A stretch of 32,000 bases of DNA from Candidatus Omnitrophota bacterium (GTDB lineage Bacteria > Omnitrophota > Gorgyraeia > Zapsychrales > JANLHA01). This document shows, piece after piece, positions 12,001 through 18,000 of this stretch. The position numbers and the translations under genes are program-made. Location of the stretch: NCBI GenBank assembly GCA_963662715.1, contig OY759724.1, positions 30,001-62,000 of the forward strand. The letters are read 5' to 3'. Position 1 is the first letter of the stretch. The number at the start of each line of letters is the position of its first letter. A model generated the notes under the pieces. That model had not been told where the DNA came from. It was given only the letters and a program-made list of their open reading frames with translations, and made no database searches.

Positions 12001-15000
12001 GATCATTTATGCTTACCCAATTAATCCCTCTGGCACTCATCACCTCAATATCAACCCAATTAATTCCCGTATCGCTTAAAACGTCCAGATCTTTCCAATT
12101 AATGCCGGTATCGCTTAGGATGTCAATATCGAGCCAGTTAATTCCCGCCCCACTCAAATCACTTAAATTGGTCCAATTGATCCCCCGGTCAGTTAAAACA
12201 TCGATATCTTTCCAATTAACCCCGGCATCACTCAGCACATCGATGTCCAGCCAGTTGATCCCTGCGTCACTCATATCATTAATGCTCACCCAGTTCATTC
12301 CTTGTTCGCTCAGGACCCTGACATCATCCCAATTAATCCCTGTATCACTCATCACATCTATATCCAGCCAATTAATGCCGGCATCAGACATATTCGCAAT
12401 GTTATCCCAATTAACTCCTGAAGAGGCAATCTCATCCCATCCTGTCCAATTTACATTCGCATCACTTAGGATATCAATATCCTGCCAGTTGATCCCCGCA
12501 TCACTCAAGATATCAAGATCGGCCCAGTTAATTCCGGCATCACTTAAAATATCAACATCCTGCCAGTTAATTCCGGTATCGCTCAGCACATCAATGTCCA
12601 GCCAGTTAATTCCGGATTCAGACAGGACCTGAATATCATCCCAGTTGACATTCGCGTCTGTCATATCACGAATGTTATCCCAGTTAACTCCCTGGATATC
12701 TATGGCCATATTTTCCAAATTCTCCCAATTAATTCCCGCGGAAGACAAATCCCCAAAATTATCCCAGTTAATACCGGCGGTCGTCATTTCCTCCAAACTG
12801 CTCCAGTTAACTCCCTGGACATCTATGGCCATTTCCTCTAACTCCGTCCAGTTGATCCCGGACGAAGACATTTCAGAAATATTCATCCAGTTAACATTGG
12901 AATTGGCCATATCCGCTAAACCCACCCAGTTAACTGCGGATTTACTGATTTCTTCAAGGGCAATCCAGTTCACCCCGGCTTCGGCCATATCAGCAATACT
13001 GTCCCAGTTGATTCCGGAGGTGGACATTTCTTCTATGTTTTCCCAATTCACCCCTTGAATATCAATAGCCATATTTTCCAGTTCCACCCAATTAATCCCC
13101 GCATCAGTCATCTCGGCCAAATTCATCCAGTTCACCCCGGCATCTGACAAGACATCAATAGCCGACCAATTGACACCCGCATCACTCAATACATCGATAT
13201 CCAGCCAGTTGATCCCCGCGTCGGACAAATCATTAATACTTATCCAGTTGATCCCCGCATCACTCAATACAGCGATATCATCCCAATTCACAGCTGAAGT
13301 CGCCAGATCATCCAAACCCGCCCAATTCATTCCGGCTGTACTTAATTCCGCGAGATCCGCCCAGTTCACACCGGCTGTTGACAGTTCATTAAATTCCGTC
13401 CAATTAATCCCGATATCGCTCAACACATCCAAATCCCGCCAGTTGATCCCCGCGTCACTCAGCGCATTGATATCCAGCCAGTTGATCCCCGCATCAGAAA
13501 GAACATCGATATCTTTCCAGTTAATGCCGGTATCAGAAAGGACGTCAATATCTTTCCAGTTAATGCCGGCCTCTGATAAAGCATTAATGTTTGTCCAATT
13601 AATGCCGACAGTACTTAACTCGGCGATATCATCCCAATTCACACCTGTCGTAGCGAGATCATCTAATCCGGTCCAGTTTACTCCGGCATGACTTAAAGCG
13701 GCAATGTCCTCCCAGTTGACACCAGCTGTAGATAATTCGTTAAATCCAACCCAGTTGATCCCAGTGTCACTCAACACATCCAGATCCAGCCAGTTGATCC
13801 CCGCATCAGTTAAGAGATCCAAATCCCGCCAGTTAATCCCGGCATCACTCAAGGCATCTAAATCCGCCCAATTAATGCCCGACATAGACATCTCCGTCAG
13901 ATTCGCCCAATTCATCCCCGATAAGGATAAAACACCGAAATCATACCAGTTGACTTCCGCTTTACTCATGATCTCCAGATCATCCCAGTTAAGGCCAACT
14001 TCCGACATGACAGTAAGATCTTCCCAATTCACTCCAGCGGTTGTCAGTTCCGCCAGATTATCCCAATTGATTGTTTCACTCCAATCCACGCCTGCTCCGC
14101 TCATATACGCTATATCAAACCAATTGACTCCGGCGTCACTCATAAATTCCATATCCTCCCAATTGATACCGGCCTCCGTCATGACCGTAATATCTTCCCA
14201 GTTGATCTGAGCCGCGGCCATTGAGTAGACATTTGTCCAATTGACCTGACTCGTCGTCATGACTTCCATATCATCCCAATTAACATCATCCAGGGCATCA
14301 GCAGACGATCTTATTGAAGAGAGGTCCGACATCAGAACCCCTATGTCATCCCAGTTGATCGTGTCTGTCTTGGATTTAATTTCCGTAATGTCCGTCCAGT
14401 TAATCGTATCGGTTTTGGCTTTGATATCCGTCACATTGGTCCAGTTGATGGACGATGTGTCGACTAAGATGTCGTTCACATCCTGCAAAATAGCAAACTG
14501 CGTCAAGTCATAGGTGTCATAGCTTGTATATGTCTGACTGCGGGCGTCGTAATAAATCAAGACCTCGGCAAAATAAGAAGAATCAAAATCAGGACTGTCC
14601 GCTGACCAGGCATAACTGAAAACATTGCTGGAAGGTGTTCCAAAATCTCCGGTTGAAATGGCTTTCTCAAGGGTCCCGTCCGGCTCGTAAATGTTGACAG
14701 CACAGGTATCGCTGGCCCCCAAAGTCACCCGGCCTTCGGACCCTTCCAGCCAGCACTTCACATACAGGTCCCCGTTGGAGTCGTCATAAACAACCGTGGA
14801 CATCGGAGTCGTACAGGGTTCAACGGTGAAAGCGGCGGTGGTATCGGAGATATAACCGCTTGCTGTCGCCTGCAAGGTATATCCCACTCCGGGGACAGGG
14901 ATTTGCAAATCGGTAAAAGTCGCCACACCGGAACCGTTTGTCGTCACGGTAGTCGTCCCGATCAGTGAAGAGCTTCCCGGATTTGACAAAATAGCAATAG

Positions 15001-18000
15001 TGACATCCACTCCCGAAGCAGAGTCGCTCGTGCTGACAATCGGCTGGTTTTCCAATAACTGACAAGAGAAAGAGGTCGTCGGCTCCTGGGTAAAGGTTAA
15101 GGTTTTATCCTCCATGGTGAAGGTTTGCACCGCGCTCCAGTCTCCCGGGACATCGGCCTCGCCAGAACCGCCGTCATGCGCCGTATCCCAGAAACGGATC
15201 CGCCAGTAATACGTTGAGCCGTCTATGGACAAAGCTGTTCCGGCATAAGAGACATCGTTCATTCGTGTGTTTTCGGTGACATCACTTCCCGTATCGGTTT
15301 TCCCGGTGTCCCACATGCGTGTGCCGTCAAAGGTATTGGCCGTGTCAACCTCAATCTCATAATAGGAACAGTCATCGGTGTCCGGATCATCACAGATGGC
15401 GGAGAACTCCGGGGTGGTGTCCGTCACGTCGGTCACGGGAGTCACAGAGCCCTCACAGTAAGGGGTGAGCGGAGCAGAAGCCACCTCATTGGTGACTTCA
15501 TCCGCCCCGATATCCGGGGATGTTCCGTCCCGGGCGTCCGCATCGATATCATCCGTAACAGGCAGATTGGCGTCACTGTCCAGATCTGTTCCGTTGGTCC
15601 CCCATAAGGTCAAACTATCGTGACGAAGGTGCAAATCTGTCGAGGTTGCTCCGGCTTCATAAAAATAGTCCGTATAATCCGTTTCATTGGTCTGGCTGCC
15701 GGTTCCGGAAGCCGTGGCATCAGATGACACATTATAAGACTGGGTGATTGTGCCGTTGAAACAAGCCTCGCTTCCATTCGTACTGTTTACTTCGCCGCAG
15801 GAAGAGTTTCTTACCGTCATCGTTCCGCTGACATTGTCGATCCCACGGGCATAACCCGTACTGCCGGTGTTGTTGATCGCATGAAGCGTGAGGTTGTGCA
15901 GATAATAAGTATCACCGCCAGATGCGGCTAACAGCCCGACAATGTTCGAGCTTGCATTCGTTGAGAGGTTTGTCATATCGTAAATTATCGTATTGCGAAC
16001 CTTCAGGTTCCCGTCATTTATAACAATCCCTCTCACATTGCTGGCGTCGGTGTCATCTGTCGTAGAGTTATCCAGATCATGAATGATGGCTTTACTGATC
16101 TGAATATCGGAACTGCTGTCGCTGATGGCGGCATTCAGCGAAATCCCATCAAGGTTTTCCGCATTCGTAATCTGTGATCCGTCTATCTCTATGCCTTCGA
16201 TACGGACATAATCATCGGATATATCAATGACCGAATAAGGATCGCCCGGGCTGGAATTCGAAGGCTGAATCACGACTCCCGTCCCTTCTTCACCGGTATG
16301 CCGCTGTGAGCTGCCGACCTCCGAGGATAAAGACGGGGCGAACATCCGGATATAATGAGTGCTGTCCGTCGTATAGCCGTCAATCGTCAACTGCGCGCCA
16401 GAGCCATCGGCCCCGTCAAACACGCCGTCAGAATACAAAACCCAGTTCAGCTGGACGTCCGCACCGGCAGAGGTCAGATCCGCGCTGTTGAGGTAACTCC
16501 CCCCGGATGAATTCGATTCCGCGGAGGAAAGCGTGTTAAACGCGCGGCTAATAGACGTGACGGCCGTGCTTGACAGATCTGACGGGACGGCGCCCGTGGC
16601 TGTTGTCACGGTATAAACCGTCGAAGACTGCCGGCTCTGAATATAATAAGTATTTCCCCCGGCGACGAGTTCGTCTCCGGCCCCGACATCATCCGCCTGA
16701 GCGGCAGTAAATTCGGCTGTATGATTGGTGATCGTGACGTTGGGAGAACCGCTTGTCAGATCACCCGTATCCGTTCCGACAGAATAATAGACTTCCACGA
16801 CCGGTTCGATAGAAAGATACGGACGATCAGAGGCGGAAGACGCGTCTTGGCTATGTATGCTGACATACTCGGCGCCCGATGGAGAGGTTCCGCTAACGTC
16901 CCTGTCGGACAAGAGGGCATAGAGGGTACTGCCGCTGGTGGAAACATAGGAGGTGTCAAGGCTTTGGGAAGAATAATAAACACCTGTCGACATCCCGGAC
17001 GTCCCGCGCCAGTCGGCGTCATACGTGCTGGCCAACGCCCCGTCAAAATTTGATTCTTGATATGAAGCGATCGGACTCGACCAACTGTATTGATGTATCC
17101 GGGCTGTAAAATCCGTTGTGGAGGCATCTGTGTTCGCTTTAAGATACAAATGAGCCCTGGCCGGAGCGGCGGATAAAGACGATGTGTCAAAAGACAAATA
17201 AGCCCGGTGGACATCATATACAAGGCCGGCGGTAAAATTCTGCCCGACTAAAAAAGTGGCTCCGGAATCATCGCTCGAGGACGATGAGTTACGGGCCTGC
17301 GTATAAGAGGGGTCCTGTCCCGAAATATATCCGTCCGCCGAATTCCCGTAAAATGTATCGGGATCAATCTGAACAGGATAAGCGGCATTTTTAAACCAGT
17401 CTAAGGGGAACTGAACCGAGACACAGAACGCATGCTCCTCCGAAGACGGCTGAGTTGATGTGTCTTTTCCCGTATCCGGAAGAGGGCTGAGGATAAATTG
17501 CCCGTAAACCTTTTCCCCGTTGGCATCTATGGCAACAGGCTTTTTCCACCACCATAAAACTTTTTTCTCCTCATCCACAAAATCCACATGCGTCGTTACG
17601 GAAGGTTTTCTGTCATTCCAAATTTTGCCATCAAAGAGCAGCTCCAAATCCGTCGCAAAATGAAGCGTAAGGGAAAGAGCTGAACCGGCAGAAGGCTCAG
17701 CAGAACCGGACAAGGATAAAGAATCCAAAGATTCCACAGAGAGAATCTTGATGAAACGGACATCGCTGGGAGTATAACGGAAATTCAATCCCCGGCCGTA
17801 AGCCTCCGGCCATTCAATAAATCCGCCCCCGGAGACGATATCAAAGGGCTTATTGCTGACCTGCCCTGTAACGGGACGGGGCCTGGCCAGGATGTGTTGC
17901 GTTCTTTTTTCTGTATCATCTTCAGAAAAGTGAACAGAAAGAGGTCCCGGGACAGCTTCTAAATAATGGCCGTCTTTCTCCAGACGTAAAATTTTGTGTT

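Larger units (their letters stand above)
1..14449 (-). repeat. In-frame tandem array of a 39-bp / 13-codon unit, about 370 copies, continuing past the window edge
   Basis: The plus-strand consensus ccagttgatccccgcatcactcatcacatcgatatccag is the reverse complement of L-D-I-D-V-M-S-D-A-G-I-N-W. Common variants are V-S-V-N-D-L-S-D-A-G-I-N-W, Q-D-I-N-V-M-S-D-M-G-I-N-W and V-S-M-S-D-M-T-N-A-G-I-N-W. The first, degenerate units start at SSINWTNVTDIKAKTDTINW (about 14449). Units become progressively more uniform toward low coordinates. Confidence 0.95.

Noticed and set aside
1-14449. The regular ~39-bp periodicity could be mistaken for a CRISPR array or a non-coding satellite.
   Set aside because: There is no alternation of constant repeats with unique spacers; the whole 39 bp is the repeat. 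The period is a multiple of 3 and is kept in one open reading frame for more than 14 kb. No cas genes are present.
1-14449. I tried to assign the 13-residue repeat to a known family: RTX beta-roll, dockerin/EF loop, pentapeptide repeat, LRR, ice-nucleation or antifreeze repeats, or phage tape-measure aromatic repeats.
   Set aside because: Neither the period nor the consensus matches: RTX is 9 aa (GGxGxD), pentapeptide is 5, LRR is 20-29 with LxxLxLxxN, INP is 16 with TxT motifs, and EF/dockerin loops are 12 aa (DxDxDG). These serve only as analogies. The family call is left open pending profile searches.
48-14513. A 3869-aa plus-strand ORF (48..11657) and its continuation ORFs (11691..12632, 12645..13058, 13170..13691, 13704..14210, 14259..14513) could be read as the real giant gene. 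They translate to QLIPASL(N/I/K)TS(I/M)SS repeats.
   Set aside because: This is the antisense frame whose wobble positions coincide with those of the minus-strand frame, so it stays open wherever the 39-bp unit lacks a stop. It breaks repeatedly as soon as the repeats degenerate (11657, 12632, 13058 and onward), whereas the minus frame does not. It begins at a TTG that is merely the first start-type codon in a frame open to the window edge, and it has no non-repeat domain. Its product is Cys/Gln/Pro/Ser-rich low-complexity sequence. The minus frame instead connects seamlessly to a start codon, a signal anchor and recognisable domains.
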